Notes under the pieces: generated by a model | What the model was told of the DNA's origin: nothing | The model's database searches: none | What the model saw: the letters and a program-made list of their open reading frames with translations, nothing else | Assembly (NCBI RefSeq): GCF_963921235.1 | Contig: NC_086109.1 | Span: 13,580,001-13,644,000, forward strand | Source of the DNA: Mobula hypostoma | Taxonomy: Eukaryota | Direction of reading: 5' to 3' | DNA length: 64,000 nt | Shown: piece by piece, positions 12,957 to 26,603 of the stretch | How the letters are laid out: each line of letters starts with the position of its first letter | How positions within the stretch are numbered: the stretch's first letter is position 1 | Translations under genes and position numbers: made by a program

Positions 12957-15360
12957 ATCATAAGATCATATAACTATAAAAAATATAGGAGCAGAATTAG
13001 GCCATTTGACCCATCAAGTCTGCTCTGCCATTTCGTCATGGCTGATCCAATTTTCCTCTCAGCTCCAATCTCCTGTGTCTCCCCCTTATCTCTTCATGCC
13101 CTGACCAACCAAGAATCTATCAACCTCTACCTTAAATATACATAGAGACTTGACCTCCTCAGCTGCCTGTGGCAATGAATTCCATAGAGAAACCACTCTC
13201 TGTCATCCTCATCTCCATTCTTAAAGGATGCCCCTTTATCCTGAGGCTGTGTCCTCCAGTCTTCGACTCCCCCTCAATAGGAAACATCCTTTTCACATCC
13301 ACTCTATCAAGGCCTTTCAGCATTCAGTAGGTTTTCATTCTTCTGAATTCCAATGAGTAGAGGCCCAGAGCCAACACTCTTCATATGACAAGCCTTTCAA
13401 TCCCAAGATCATTTTGCAACTTCCTTTGAACCTTCTCCAATGTCAGTACATCTTTTCCTAGATAAGGGGCCCAAAGCTGCTCACAATGCTCCAAGGGAGA
13501 CCTCACCTGTGCTTTATAAGGACTCAATATTACATCCTTGTCTTTATATTCTAGTTCTCTTGAAATGAATGCTAACTCACATTTCCCTTCTTCACCACTG
13601 ACTCAACTTGCTAAATAACCTTTAGGGAATTTTGAATTCCCAAGTCCCTTTGCACCTCAGATTTTTGAATTTTTTCTCCATTAAGAAAATAGTCTACCGT
13701 TTTACTTCTTCTACCAAAGTGCATGACCATACACTTCCCAAAAGTGTATTCTATCTGCCATTTCTTTGCCCGTTCTCCTAATCTGTCTTGGTCCTTCTGT
13801 AGCCTCTCTACTTCCTCAAAACTACGTGCCCCCCCCCACCTATCTTCATATCATCCACAAACTTTGCAACAAAGCCATCAATCCCATCATCTAAATTATT
13901 GACATATAACGTAAGAAGAATCGGTCCCAACACAAAACCCTGTGGAACATCTCTAGTCACCGGCAGCCAACCAGAAAAAGCTCCCTTTATTCCTACTCAT
14001 TGCCTCCTGCCAATCAGCTGCTGCTTTATCAATGCTAAAATCATTTCCTCTAATACCATGGACTTGTAACTAATAAAGCAGCCTCATGTGTGGCACCTTG
14101 TCAAAGGCATTCTGAAAATCCAAGTACACAACATCCACCGATTCTCCTCTGTTTGTCCTGCTTATTATTTCTTCAAAGAATTCCAACAGATCTGGCAGAC
14201 AAGATTTTCCCTTGAGGAAACCATGCTGACTATGGCCGATTTTATCGTGTGCCTCCAAGTACCCTGAAACCACATCCATAACGATCAACTCCAACATCTT
14301 CCCACCCACTGAGGTCAGACCAACTGCCCTATAGTTTCCTTTCTTCTGCATCTCACCTTTCTTGAGGAGTGGAATAACATTTGCAATATTCCATTCCTCT
14401 GGAACCAATCTAGAATCTAGTGATTTTTGAAAGGTCATTACTAATGCCTCCACAATCTCTTCAGCCACCTTTTTCAGAACCCTGGGGTGCACACTATGTG
14501 GTCCAGGTGACTTATCTACTTTCAGGCCTTTCAACTTCTCAACATCCTTCTCTCTAGTAATGGCATCTTCAGACACTTCTGCCCCTGACACTCTCTAACT
14601 TCCAGCATGTTACTAGTGTCTTCCACAGTAAAGACTGATGCAAAATGTTTATTCAGTTCATCTGTCATTCCCTTGTCCCTTATTATTACCTCTCCAGCAT
14701 CATTTTCCAGTGACCGATATCCACTCTCACCTCTCTTTTACACTTGATGTATCTGAAGAAACTTTTGGTATCCTCTTGAATATTATTGGCCAGCTTATCT
14801 TCATATTCCATCTTTTCTTTCTTAATTACTTTTTTAGTTGCCTCCTGTTGGCTTTTAAAACCTTCCCAATCCTCTAACCTCTAACTAATTTTTGCTCTAT
14901 CACATGCCCTTTCTTTGGTTTTTATGTTGACTTTGACTTCTCTTGTTAGCCATGGTTGTGTCATCTTGCCTTTAGAACACTTCTTTGCTCTTAGGATGTA
15001 TATATCCTGCACCTTGCAAACTACATCTAGAAATTCTAGCCATCATCCCTGTCGGTGTTCCTTTCCAATCAGTTTTGTCCAGCTCCTCTGTCATGCCTCT
15101 GTAACTCCCTTTGCTCCAATATCATACTGGTATATCTGACTTTAGCTTTTTCTTCTCACATTACAGGATGAATTCTATTATATTATGATCACCTACCCCT
15201 AAGGGTTTCTTTAATTTAAGCTCTCTAATCAACTCCGGTTCATTGCACAGCACCCAATCCAGAATAGCTGATCTAGTGTGCTCAGCCACGAGCTGCTCTA
15301 AAAAGCCGTCTTGTAAGCATTCCACAAATTGCCCCTCTTGGTATATAGAACCAACCTAAT
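12957..15360 (-). mobile_element. Long degraded CR1 LINE (ORF2 plus 3' tail)
   Basis: ORF 14070..14591 LKVDKSPGP..HPRVLK..NYRAVGLTSV..QHGFLKGKSCL..YLDFQNAFDKVPH; 3' UTR at 12985-13060. Confidence 0.85.
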
Positions 15361-15479
15361 GTAACTTCTTCAGTCCTGTATTCACTCTTTTTGATTTTAC
15401 AACTCATCCTATTAACTGCAATTTTGCCCTGTCATCAGCCTCTCCCTGCTAGCCACCTCTGTTTGTAAAGCAACTATCA

Positions 15480-16680
15480 TTTTTTATGATAGATATTGCT
15501 TTCTTGACGTAGTGCCTTCTGTAGACAGTGCCACTGGTGGGGCGATATGTGCCTTTGATATATTAGGCAGAGTCCAATACTCTCTGCTACTTCCTACACT
15601 CCTGCACATTCAAAATTGATATACCAGACCACAATGCAGGCAGTCAGGATACATTCAAAAGTGTATCTGTAGAAGTTTTTTACAATGTTTGGTAACAAAC
15701 AGGACCTCCTTAACCTCCGAGAAATGTAAAGACACTGGCATGCTTTCTTTGTGATTGCATCTATGTGCTTAGTCCAGAACGGGAAATCCAATATGTTAAG
15801 GCAGAGCAACTAAAAGTGGCTGACCTTCTCCACCACTGCCCCTGTAATGTAGACCAGTGAGAGTTCACCCTCCTTTCCCTTCAGCCAGATCTTTAGTTTT
15901 GCTGACACCGAGTGAGAGGTTGTTGTTGTGGCACCACTCAAACATGTGTCCTTTCATGTTCCGCTAAGCTGCCTCATTTCCACCTGTGATTCGTCCAACA
16001 AATTGTTGGAAAATTTGGAGCCATGCTTAGCTGCACAATCATGTGTGTAAAGAGAGCAGCCAGGGACAAAGCACACAGCCTTGAGGTGCACCTGTGATGG
16101 TTATCTTCTACGGATGCCCAGTGGAGAGAATCCTAATTGGTGGCATCATGGTGTGGTATGGAAACGCCAATGGCCAGGAATGGAAAAGGCTACAGAGAGT
16201 GGTGGATACAGCCTATCCATCACAGGTAAAGCCCTTCCCAACAATGAGCACATTTACCTGGAGTATTACCACAAGAAAGCAGCATCCACCATCAAAGACC
16301 TTCCCCTCTTCTTGCTACCATCAGGCAAGAAGTACAGAAACATTAGGTTCCACATCACCATGTTCAGGAATAGTTATTACCCTTCAACCATCAGATTCCT
16401 AAAGTGCCAAGGATAACTTCATTCTCCGATACTCCGAACTGATTCTACAACCTACAGATTCACTTTCAAGGACTCTTTTCAACTCTTGTTCTCAGTATTT
16501 TTCTTATTTTTGTTTTCTTTTGCATAATCGTTATTTGTCAATCTTTGTTTATGTATAGGTTTTCATAAATTCTATTGTATTTCATTTCTCCCTGTAAAAG
16601 CCTGCAAGAAAATAAATCTCAAGGCCGTAAATGGTAACATCTACATTCTTTGATAATAAATTTTCTTTAAACTTTAGAGA
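15480..16680. mobile_element. Two opposed Rex1/Babar-like 3' fragments (minus ~15480-16100, plus ~16100-16680)
   Basis: ORFs with KKACQCLY..RRLRR..NFYRYTFECILT and LLPSGKKYR..FRNSYYPSTIR; 3' tail tttgataataaattttctttaaactt. Confidence 0.6.
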
Positions 16681-16820
16681 TAAAATGTTATTACAAACCT
16701 TTACTGACTGAAGGTATTGAGTGGCAGAGGAATCTGCAATGCATTGTATTCACGAAGGGATAAATTGCATAATTATAGAGGAAAACTTCTATAAAACATC
16801 CTTTATTCTTCTAATGGTTG

Positions 16821-16944
16821 CAACACACACAAAATGCTGGTGAACGCAGCAGGCCAGGCAGCACCTATTGGAAGACAGTCGACGTTTCGGGCTGAGACCT
16901 TTCGTCAGGAATTTCCAGCATCTGCAGATTTCCTTGTGTTTGTG
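16821..16944. mobile_element. Short Penelope pLTR-derived insertion with internal inversion; 12-bp TSD
   Basis: TTCTAATGGTTG at 16809-16820 and 16945-16956; hammerhead core on minus strand at 16877-16910. Confidence 0.8.
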
Positions 16945-17176
16945 TTCTAATGGTTGTTTGGTTTTCAGCTTTACACTTCAATCCTGCAAGGGAATATCAA
17001 AGAGACTGATTATGAGGTATTTCTGAAATTGATGCAGAAGATCCATAAGATATAGGAGCAGAATGAGGCCATTCAGCCCATCATGATGGCTCCACCAACC
17101 AATCATTGCTAAATCCCCAATATATAACGTGAGGGCTTAACTTCTTCACTCAGAGGGTGGTGAGAGAGTGGAACAA

Positions 17177-17380
17177 ACCACACACAAAAAATGCTGGAGG
17201 AGCTCAGCAGCCCAGGCAGCATCTATGGAAAAAAGTACAGTCGACATTGTGAGACCCTTTGGCGGTCTCGGCCCGAAACCTCGACCGTACTTTTTCCATA
17301 GATGCTGCCTGGCCTGCTGAGTTCCTCCAGAATTGTGTGTGTTGCTTGGATTTCCAGCATCTGCAGATTTTCTTGTTTGC
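17177..17380. mobile_element. Fold-back Penelope pLTR derivative; 11-bp TSD
   Basis: GAGTGGAACAA at 17166-17176 and 17381-17391; inverted arms meet in a scrambled hammerhead helix II region; inserted in a CR1 3' end. Confidence 0.85.
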
Positions 17381-18453
17381 GAGTGGAACAAGCTGCCAGC
17401 GGAAATGGTGGGTGCAGATTTGCTTTCAACATTTAAGTTTGGATAGGTACATGGACGGGAATGATTTGGAGGGCCATGGTCTGGGTTTGGGTAGATGAGA
17501 CTGGGCAGGAGGCCAGGCTGGCATGGACTTGATGGGCCAAAAGGCCTGTTTCTGTGCTATAGTGCTCTATGACATTATGACTCAATGATACCTTCCAATC
17601 TGATCAGCAGAAGCCAGAAACCTGCCATTGGAGCACAGGTACAAATCTGTCTGTCATTATTCATTACAACTCTTCCTGAGCAAAATGAATAGCTTTGTCC
17701 TCATTGGCTAATAGTAGAATTTTTTGTAACTACTCATTTTATGAAAGGTCATCAACGTTAAGCATTAATTATGACAAAGTTACAACATTGCATGCCATAT
17801 CTTCAGGTCAAATATCCTTCAGAGGTTTTACATCACTTACAGGCCCTATCCCACCTCTCTGATCTCATCACCTTCCGGATGATATTTTGGGTGTCGGGCT
17901 GGGGGCAAGGTCCACGTGACAAAACAATCACTTTTTAGACCCCTCAGGTGAACATGTTGCAGTCGAACAGCCCAGATTTAGTTGTTTTTGCAGGTTTGCA
18001 AGGATGGTTTTAGGGACAGAGAGGGGAATTGCGGATCAGGTTAGGGTTGAGAGACAGGGATATGGGGAGTTAGAAGTCAGGCTGGAGCCTAGCCCTCCAA
18101 ACTGTGATCCCAGGCCAGTGACAATGTTGTCAGAGAACATCTGTGGATGAAAGCCAGAGGGGATGAGGTCTGGTGCTTCCCACCCCTGTGGGATCAATGG
18201 AATCATGTGTCCGTGCAGGCAGAAGGCACGAGGACCAGCGAACCCCAAGATAAACAAGCTAAAGATTTCGGAGTTCAAGACCAAGAACTCAAGAGCCTGC
18301 CTTTGGCAAACCCTGGGGTCAATACAGAAAGGCCAATCTGGTCTGGAAGTCAAAGCCCTAGGTGTGTAAGTCCACTGGGACAGTCTGAGGCCTGATGCCA
18401 GTGAGTCCAATGGAGGCTGGAGACCCACAGGCAGTCTGCCCTGGGGTTGGAGG

Positions 18454-18457
<4 letters not shown>

Positions 18458-18516
<59 letters not shown>
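18458..18516. repeat. (GT)n microsatellite
   Basis: Uninterrupted GT run. Confidence 0.98.
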
Positions 18517-18518
<2 letters not shown>

Positions 18519-18924
18519 TCGGTGAGTGTGTGGGAGGAAGGAAAGGAGCTTGTTTGCTACTGTTGCTTTGTTGCTGCTGTGCAAGGTGGACTAAGTGTGT
18601 TGGCGTATTAGTGCGTGGCCACACTTGTGGGCTGCACCTAACGCGCCGAAGATTCAACTTGTTGTTAACATAACTGATGCTTCACTGTATGTTTCAATGT
18701 ACATGTCATAAATATATGAATCTGAATCTGCTTCTTTTTTCTTTCATTTTTGACCTGAAGCATTAATTTGGTTTCTTTGATCACAGATGCTGCCTGACAT
18801 GTGGTATGACTATGAACTGAGTCACCAAAGAGACAATAAAACTGGTTAATGTACAATTGTCTTTATTCATTGCAGCAAGCTTTTTAATATGTTTCAAAAA
18901 TAAATCTTATTCCTAATAACAATA

Positions 18925-19531
18925 TACACCCAGCTGCCACTTTATTAGGTACACCTGCACACCTACTTGTTAATGCAAATACCTACTCAGCCAATCATGT
19001 GGCGACGGTTCAATGCATTAAAGCACGCAAGCATGGTGAAAAGGTTCAGTTGTTGTGCAGGCCAAACAGCAGAATGGGGAAGAATTGCAATCTAAGTGGC
19101 TTTGTGGAATGATCGTTGGTGCCAGGTGGGGTGGTTGGTTGTTCAGATCAAACATTAGAAAGAGAAAGAAATGTGATCTAGGTAATTAACTGTGGAAAGA
19201 TTGTTGGTGCCAGATGGGGTGGTTTGAGTATCTCAGAAACTACAGATGTTCACACATAACAGTCTCTAAAGTTTACAGGGAATGGTGTGAAACACAAAAA
19301 AACATCAAGTGAGCAGCAGTTCTGTGGGCAAAAACACCTTGTTAAAGAGAGAGGTCAGAGGAGAATGCCCAGATAGGAAGGGGACAGTAAATCAAATAAC
19401 TACATGTTACAACACTGGTGTGCAGAAGGGCATCTCTGAATACACAACATGTTGAACCTTGAAGTGGCAAGAGACCATGAACATACACTCAGTGACCACA
19501 TTATCAGGAACAGGAGGTAATAAAGTGGTTA
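18925..19531 (+). mobile_element. Tc1-like relic with both TIRs
   Basis: gccactttattaggtacacc ... taataaagtggttactgtgtg; internal transposase N-terminus remnant. Confidence 0.75.
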
Positions 19532-19659
19532 CTGTGTGCATATTGTGAATTTTGTTATTGTGCAGCAGGATACTGTGCAAGAAATAACACTTACTATAAG
19601 TTGCAAAGGCTGTAGATAAATAGTGCAAAGGATGAGTAACAAGGAATCTTTCCTCATTA

Positions 19660-19885
19660 TTTATTTATTTATTTAGCAATACAGCACCGTAACGACCCAA
19701 TGAGCCCATGGGGTCAGAATACATCCATGTGACCTGTGCATCTTTGGAATGTGGGAGGAAAGTGGAGCACCCGGGGGAAACCTACACAGTCATGGGGAAA
19801 ATGCACAGACTCCTTACAGCCAGCCTCGGAACTGAACCTGGATCGCTGAGACTATAATAGCGTTGCATTAAACTCAACACTACTG
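19660..19885 (-). mobile_element. V-SINE (HE1-like)
   Basis: V-domain gcatctttggaatgtgggaggaaagtggagcacccgggggaaacctacac; (ttta)n tail. Confidence 0.65.
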
Positions 19886-20503
19886 GGCCTCACCAAGCTG
19901 CGTGGGTGAGACTCTCTGTTACTGCCCTAGCAGCACTGGGCAATGATATAATGAAGAGTTCATTTACTTTTCCTCAAATTTAAACTTACACAAATTTTGC
20001 CCTACATACTTCTAATGTCTCATGCTGTGGAAGTGATTTGGAGACGGGCCCTTAACATTTTCAATAAGAGTCCCCAAGCTCTTTCTGACCTTTTACTCAA
20101 ATTTTCAGTTTGTTGTAAAATATATTTTCACCACACGGAAACAACAGTCACCATAATTCAGTTGGTGACCTAAATTTTGACCCCACAGAGCTTGCGTTTT
20201 TGCTATACAGTTCCTCATCAAAGATTCATTTTTGTGGTTTGCTAATTCAAAGTCCTACAGACTTGCATTATTGCTCAGATCAGAGTCTCACAATTCTTTG
20301 CTTCGTTAACCTTGTTCGTTTTTGTCATAATTTGCCCTCTTATTATTTTTTCTCATACTTGCCTTGTGGGAGAGTTCCGGAACGCGAACACTTTAGTTTC
20401 TAATTTGACAGAGAGGTCACAAACCATGCAATTCCAATGCGATTTTGTAGATAAATCTGCTCATTCCAAACAACTTTTTTCTCCTCTGTCCCAAGATATA
20501 TGT

Positions 20504-20996
20504 ACAGTCAGTGGCCACTTTATTAGGTACACCTGTGAATCTGCTCAGCAATGCAAATATCTAATCAGCCAATCACGTGGCAGCAACTCCATGCATAAAA
20601 GCATGCAGACATGGTCAAGAGGTTCAGTTGGTGTTCAGACCAAATTACAGGATGGAGAAGAAATGGGATCTACGCGAATGATTGTTGGTGCCAGATGGGG
20701 TGGTTTGAGTATCTGAGAAACTGCTGATCTCCTGGGATTTTTATGCACAACAGTCTCTAGAGGTTACAGAGAATGGTGACCAATGGTTCTGAGGGCAAAA
20801 ATGCTTTGTTAATCAGAGGGGTCAGAGGAGGATGGCCAGACTGGTTCAAACTGACAGGAAGGTCAAGTAACCTCGTGTTACAGCAGTAGTGTACAGAAGA
20901 GCATAACTGAATACACAACATGTTAAACCTTGAAGTAGATGGGCTATAGCAGAAGACCATGAGATACAGAAGGTACCTGGTAAAGTGGCCACTGTA
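20504..20996 (+). mobile_element. Tc1-like relic with both TIRs
   Basis: cagtggccactttattaggtac ... aaagtggccactgta; encodes MIVGARWGGLSI remnant. Confidence 0.8.
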
Positions 20997-21321
20997 TGGA
21001 AGTGAGTGAGCTACAGACAGCTGGCCCTGGTATCAGATCCCGGGGTTGGGCAGGGAACAGGGTGCAACCTGGAGCTGCAGACACATGGGGGAGCACAGCA
21101 GCGAAAGGAATTGCCAACCTTTCGGGTTGAGACTTTTGTCTGGAATTTTCAGCTGGGGTTGAATACAGGGCTTGTTCTGGAACGAGGGCAGATGTTGAAC
21201 AGGTTTGGGACCCTGACAGGAGCTGGAAGACCTAGACTATGGTTGAGGCTGATGCCCGGGTTAGGCCTGGGTTTGGTTTGGAAGCCAGGTCGGCAGCTGG
21301 TTTTTTTGGGATGGGACTGAA

Positions 21322-21598
21322 GGTGGAGTTGGAACTGGGTGTGGAGTTGGAACAGGACGTTGATTTGGGACTGGGCATGGAGCTGGGACTGAGTGTGGAG
21401 TTGTGCTGGTTGTGGAGTAGGGACGGGGTGTGGAATTGGGATGGGGCGTGGAGTTGGGAAAGAGTGTGGAGTTGGGACAGGTTGTGGAGTTGGGATGGGG
21501 TGTGGAGTTGGGATGGGGTGCGGAGTTCGGACAGGGCATGGAGTTGGGATGGGTCGTAGAGTTGGGACAGGGCGTGGAGTTGGGATGGGGCGTGGACT
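21322..21598. repeat. 18-bp G-rich minisatellite (GGAGTTGGGAYRGGGYGT)n, about 15 units
   Basis: Tandem ggagttgggatggggtgt / ggagttgggacagggcgt units; produces SQLHTP/PNSTPH repeats in the ORF track. Confidence 0.9.
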
Positions 21599-21599
21599 G

Positions 21600-22570
21600 G
21601 GCCTTTCTGAGGCATTGCTCCTTGAAGATATTTTGGATACTACAGAGGCTAGTACCCAAGATGGAGCTGACTAATTTTACAATTTTCTGTAGCTTCTCTT
21701 GATCCTGTGCAGTAGCCCCCGGCCCCCCATCCCACCACCACACCAGACAGTGATGCAGCCTGTCAGAATGTTCTCCACGGTACATCTGTAGAAGTTTTGG
21801 AATGTCTTAGGTGACAAACCAAATCTCTTCAAACCCCTAATGAAATATAGCTGCTGCTTTGCCTTCTTTATAGCTGCATTGATATGTTGGTACCAGGTTA
21901 GATCCTTAGAGATCTTGACACCCAAGAACTTGAGGTTATTCACTCTGTCCACTTCCGATCCCTCTATGAGGGTTAGTTCATATTCCCTCGTCCTATCCCT
22001 TCTGAAGTCCACAATCAACTCTTTGGTCTTACTGACACTGAGTGCAAGGTTGTTGCAGCAACACCACTCAACTAGCAGGTATATCTCACTCCTATACGCC
22101 CTCTTGTCTCCCTCTGCGATTCTGCCAAAAATGGGTGTATCATTAGTAAATTTATAGATGGCATTTGAGCTATGCCTGGTCACACAATCATGGGTATAGA
22201 GAGAGTAGAGCAGTGGGCTAAGCACACACCCCTGAGGTGCACCAGTGTTGATTGTCAATGTGGAGGGGGAGATTGTGGTCTTCCAGTTTAGAAATCAAGG
22301 ATCTAATTGCCGAGGGAGATACAGAGGCCCAGGTTCCATAGTTTATTGATCAGGACTGTAGGACTGATAGTGTTAAACACTGAGCTATAGTTAATGAAGG
22401 GTATCCTGACATAGGTGTTTGTATTGTCCAGGTGATTTAAGATGGAGTGAAGAGAAACTGTCATAGACCTATTGTGGAAACAGGCTAATTGCTGAGGCAG
22501 GAGTTGGTCCTAACCATTACCAACCTCTCAAAGCACTTCATCAACATAGATCTGAGTGCTACTGGACGAT
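21600..22570 (-). mobile_element. Rex1/Babar-like LINE RT fragment
   Basis: ORF 21677..22258: [44 protein letters not shown]-like, NFYRCTVENILT. Confidence 0.85.
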
Positions 22571-23712
22571 AGTGGTGGTACTCCTGAGCGCTGAGGGCAC
22601 AGACTCAGAATAGAGGGATGTCCATTAAAAACAGACATGACAAGGAATTTCTTTAGCCAGAGGATGGTGAATCTGAGGAAATCATTGCCATGGACACTGT
22701 GGAGGACAGGTCATTGAGTATATTTAATGGGACGATTGATAAATTCTTTATTGGTCAGGCCATCGAATGTTACAGGGTTAAGGTAGGAGAATGGGGTTGG
22801 GAGGGATAATACGTTTGTAAATCAGCCATGCTGGAATGGCAGAGCATACTCAATGGGCTGAATGGCCTAATTCTCCTCCTTTGTCCTATGTTCATTGAGG
22901 CAGTTTACCATAAAAGTGAGGAATCCATTGGAAGATAATCCATTGACATCGCAATACTGTTGAAACTGTTGGCAGTATTTCCATTGTAGATCAGTGTCCA
23001 ATAGCAAGGGATTGAGAAAAGAGGAGCTTAGGAGAGTGATGGCACTTAATGGCAACTCCTTTGCCTGCATCTTCGGAAACAGCTCTATTTCTATCTTCAA
23101 TATCTCTATTTTCCCCTGTCAGGGTTCTTTTGAAGACCCTGTCCTGGAACCACACACCAATTTCGGTTCTTTGCGGGAATGGGACCCGCTCTCTGGGTCT
23201 CACAACTGCCCACTATTTGATATGCCAAGGACATGGCCTAGAAGACCAGTGCAACTTCAGGGCTCCGGGATCTCGTGGTTCTGGAGGCGGGCGGACTCGA
23301 GGTTGGTTCTGCTGCAGGAAACTGGTGTGTCATGGGAAACGGAAAATTGAAAGCAGCAAGCTGGCTGCTAGCTGTGTGCCAAGAGTCCTCTGTTCTTTGG
23401 GCACAGAGCTGGGATCAAGCAACGCAACAGACTTTTAACATCGTAAATCAGCGAGTTATTTGTTATGTTTCCCTTCTCACTGTGAAACAGGGACACTTCT
23501 TTTTCCCTTATTTTTCCCTTATTAGGATGAGTAGTTTGGTCTGTATTCGTAGGGTTTAGAAAATTAGAGATGATCTCAGTGAGACACATTCTATTCTGAG
23601 AGGGATTGATAAAATGGATGCTAAGAGATAGCCTTTCATGACTGAGATAAGGATCATTTTTTAAATGCAATGTTGTAAATCATTTGCATAGATATGCCTT
23701 TAAGTTAGAAAC

Positions 23713-23965
23713 GGCACAGTAGCCTAGCGGTTAGCTTAACACTATTACAGCAACAGTGATCTGGGTTTGATACCCACTGCCATCTATAAAGAACTTGTAC
23801 ATTCTCCTTGTGACTGTATTTCATCCGCGTGCTCCAGTTTCCTCCCACATTCCAGAGACATTTGGGTTAGTATATTAATCGATCATATCAGGGTAATTTG
23901 GCAGTGTGGGCTCAATAGGCCAGAAGGGCCTGTTATTATGCTAGATCTTTAAAAAAATAAATAAA
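23713..23965 (+). mobile_element. V-SINE (HE1-like)
   Basis: A-box-like tagcctagcggtt, B-box-like ggtttgatacc, V-domain gtgctccagtttcctcccacattcc, CR1-type 3' end and A-rich tail. Confidence 0.7.
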
Positions 23966-24624
23966 ATCTGCTAAATTTCATGCCCTGGTGGGCTGTAGAT
24001 ACTCTGCTCCAGACTGAGAGTTGCAGACACTTGGCCATCAAGGGAATCAAGGGAGGTTGGGTGCTCCTCCCTTATGAAAGGCTGAATAACACTGAGATGA
24101 ATTGCCTAAAGTACAGGGAGGCATGTGTTATTGTGTTAAAGCTTTGACCATGGTTGTTGAGCCACGGAACAGGCTTGAGGGACTAACTAGCCTACTGCAG
24201 TGATCTCTTCATATGCTTTTTTTTAAGTGTTGAGCATTTTGTGTTAACTCGTGTTAAGGTGTTTCTGACCTTTGGGTACATAGTTACAGAGAACTCAGGA
24301 GCAAGTAAGACCTAACCACTTTCTGTGGGTGATCATTTTAGACCATAAGATACAGGACCAGAATTAGGCCATTTGGCTCATCGAGTCTGCTCCGCCATTT
24401 CATCGTGGCTGATCCAATTTTCCTCTCAGCCCCAATCTCCTGCCTTCCCCAATATTCCTTTATACCCTAACCAATCAAGAATCTATCAACCTCTGCCTTA
24501 AATAAACATAAACACTTGGCCTCCACAGCTGCCTGTGGCAAAGAATTTCACAAATTCACCACTCTCTGGCTAAAGAAATTCCTCCTCATCTCCATCCTAA
24601 AAGGATGCCCCTCTATTCTGAGGC

Positions 24625-24882
24625 TGGTAGCGGTGGATGGGGGATCCCGAGAGTCAATAAGGTTGGTGATGGTGTGGGAGACAACGGGCTGGTGTTCCTT
24701 AGTGGGGTCCTGTTCAGGGGGTAAGTAAGAGGAGGTGTCTGAGAGTTGGTGCTGGGCCTCAGCAAGGTAGAGGTCACTATACCAGACTACTACAGTACCT
24801 CCCTTATCTGCGTGTTTGATGGTGAGGTTAGGATTGGTGCGGAGGGAGTGAAGAGCCGAGCGTTTGGAAGGAATGAGGTTCC
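24625..24882 (-). mobile_element. Penelope RT N-terminal fragment
   Basis: Minus-strand translation ALHSLRTNPNLTIKHADKGGTVVVW..LSDTSSY, containing the PLE DKG motif. Confidence 0.8.
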
Positions 24883-24916
24883 ATCATCTTGAGATGACTT
24901 TGTCAGAAGGGTTCTT

Positions 24917-25680
24917 TTGCCAGGGAAGTGTGAGGTGGTTCATTTTGGTAGGTCAAATATGATGGCAAGACTCTCGGCAGTGATGGAGGATCAGAGGGAT
25001 CTTGGGGTCCAAGTCCATAGGACACTCAAGGCTGCCGCACAGGTTGACTCCGTGGTTAAGAAAGTATTTGGTGCATTGGCCTTCATCAATTGTGGGATTG
25101 AGTTTAGGAGCTGAAGGGTAATGTTGCAACTATATAGGACCCTGGTCAGATCCCATTTGGAGTACTGTGCTCAGTTCTGGTTGCCTTACTATAGGAAGGA
25201 TGTGGAAACCATAGAAAGTGTGCAGAGGAGATTTACAAGGATGTTGCCTGGAATGGGGAGCATGCCTTATGAGAATAGGTTGAGTGAACTTGGCCTTTTC
25301 TTCTTGGAGCGACGGAGGATGAGAGGTGACCTGATAGAGGTGTATAAGATGATGAGAGGCATTGATCATGTGGATAGTCAGAAGCTCTTTCCCAGGGCTG
25401 GGAAGGCTAGCATGAGAGGGCACAGTTTTAAGGTGCTTGGAAGAAGGTACAGAGGAGATGTCAGAGGTAAGTTTTTTACACAGAGAGTGGTGAGTGCATG
25501 GAATGGGCTGCCAGTGACGGTGGTGGAGGCAGATACGATAGGGTCTTTTAAGAGACTCATGGAGCTCAGAAAAATAGAGGGCTATGGGTAATCCTAGCTA
25601 ATTTCTAAGGTAAGAACATGTTCGGCACAGCTTTGTGGGCCGAAGGGCCTGTATTGTGATGTAGGTTTTCTATGTTTCTA
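24917..25680 (+). mobile_element. CR1 LINE 3' fragment with tail
   Basis: ORFs 24917..25114 and 25121..25591 (KCEVVHFG, RDLGV, LVRSHLEYCAQFW, MRGDLIEVYK, FFTQRVVSAWN); tttctatg tail. Confidence 0.9.
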
Positions 25681-26077
25681 CGTTCTTTTACCTTAAGCTC
25701 TCTAATTAATTCCAGTTGATTGCACAATACCCAATCCAGAATAGCTGATCCCCTAATGAGCTCAACCACGAGCTTCTCTGGGAATTCCCCTTCCGGGAAT
25801 CCAGCACCAACCTGGTTTTCCCAATCTACCAGCATATTGAAATCCCCCATGACTATTGTAACGTTGCCCTTTTGGCATGTATTTGCTTTTTCCAGTTGTA
25901 ATCCCTGCTACTGTTTGGGAGTCCGTATGAAACTCCCATCAGGGTCTCTTTACTATTGCAGCAGTTAGTACGGCTGGCTTGCTGGTCCAGCAACCCAGGG
26001 TCAGACCTAACACACAGCACTACCTGTGTGGAGTTAGCTTGTTCTTTTCCTGTGATGCTGTGTGCTTGCACCAGGTT

Positions 26078-26603
26078 CTCTGCCACACTCAGGTTGGAGG
26101 AACAACACCTTATATTCCGTCTGGGTAGCCTCCAACCTGATGGCATGAACATTAGCTTCTCAAACTTCCGCTGATGCCCCACCTCCCCCTCATACCCCAT
26201 CTGTTATTTATTTATTTATATACACACATTCTTTCTCTCTCTCTCCTTTTTCTCCCTCTGTCCCTCCCTTGCCCATCCTCTGGGCTTTCCCCCCTCCCCC
26301 TTTACTTTCTCCCTAGGCCTCCTGTCCCATGATCCTCTCATATCTCTTTTGCCAATCAACTGTCCAGCTCTTGGCTCCATCCCTCCCCCTCCTGTCTTCT
26401 CCTATCATTTTGGATCTCCCCCTCCCCATCCTACTTTCAAATCTCTTACTAGCTCTTCTTTCAGTTAGTCCTGACGAAGGGTCTTGGCCCGAAACGTCGA
26501 CTTTACCTCTTCCTAGAGATGCTGCCTGGCCTGCTGCATTCACCAGAATTTTTTATATGTGTTGCTTGAAATTCCAGCACCTCCAGATTTCCTCGTGTTT
26601 GCG
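26078..26603 (+). mobile_element. Penelope 3' end (endonuclease C-terminus plus pLTR)
   Basis: LRLEEQHLIFRLGSLQPDGMNISFSNFR followed by pyrimidine-rich pLTR containing a hammerhead. Confidence 0.85.
26467..26502 (+). ncRNA. Minimal type I hammerhead ribozyme (Penelope type)
   Basis: AGTC-CTGACGA-A-GGGTC TT GGCCC-GAA-ACGT-C/GACT: helix I AGUC:GACU, CUGANGA, helix II, GAAA, palindromic ACGU, GUC cleavage triplet. Confidence 0.85.

Noticed and set aside
18036..18673. ORFs with HTHT/CVCV runs
   Set aside because: Translation of the (GT)n microsatellite.
21232..21785. Mucin- or CTD-like repeat proteins
   Set aside because: Produced by the 18-bp minisatellite fused to a LINE fragment; no splice or domain context.
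21677..22258. ALKBH8 N-terminal (DUF1891)-like segment here and at 49858-50060
   Set aside because: This motif is part of the Rex1/Babar-like ORF2 C-terminus, not a host gene.
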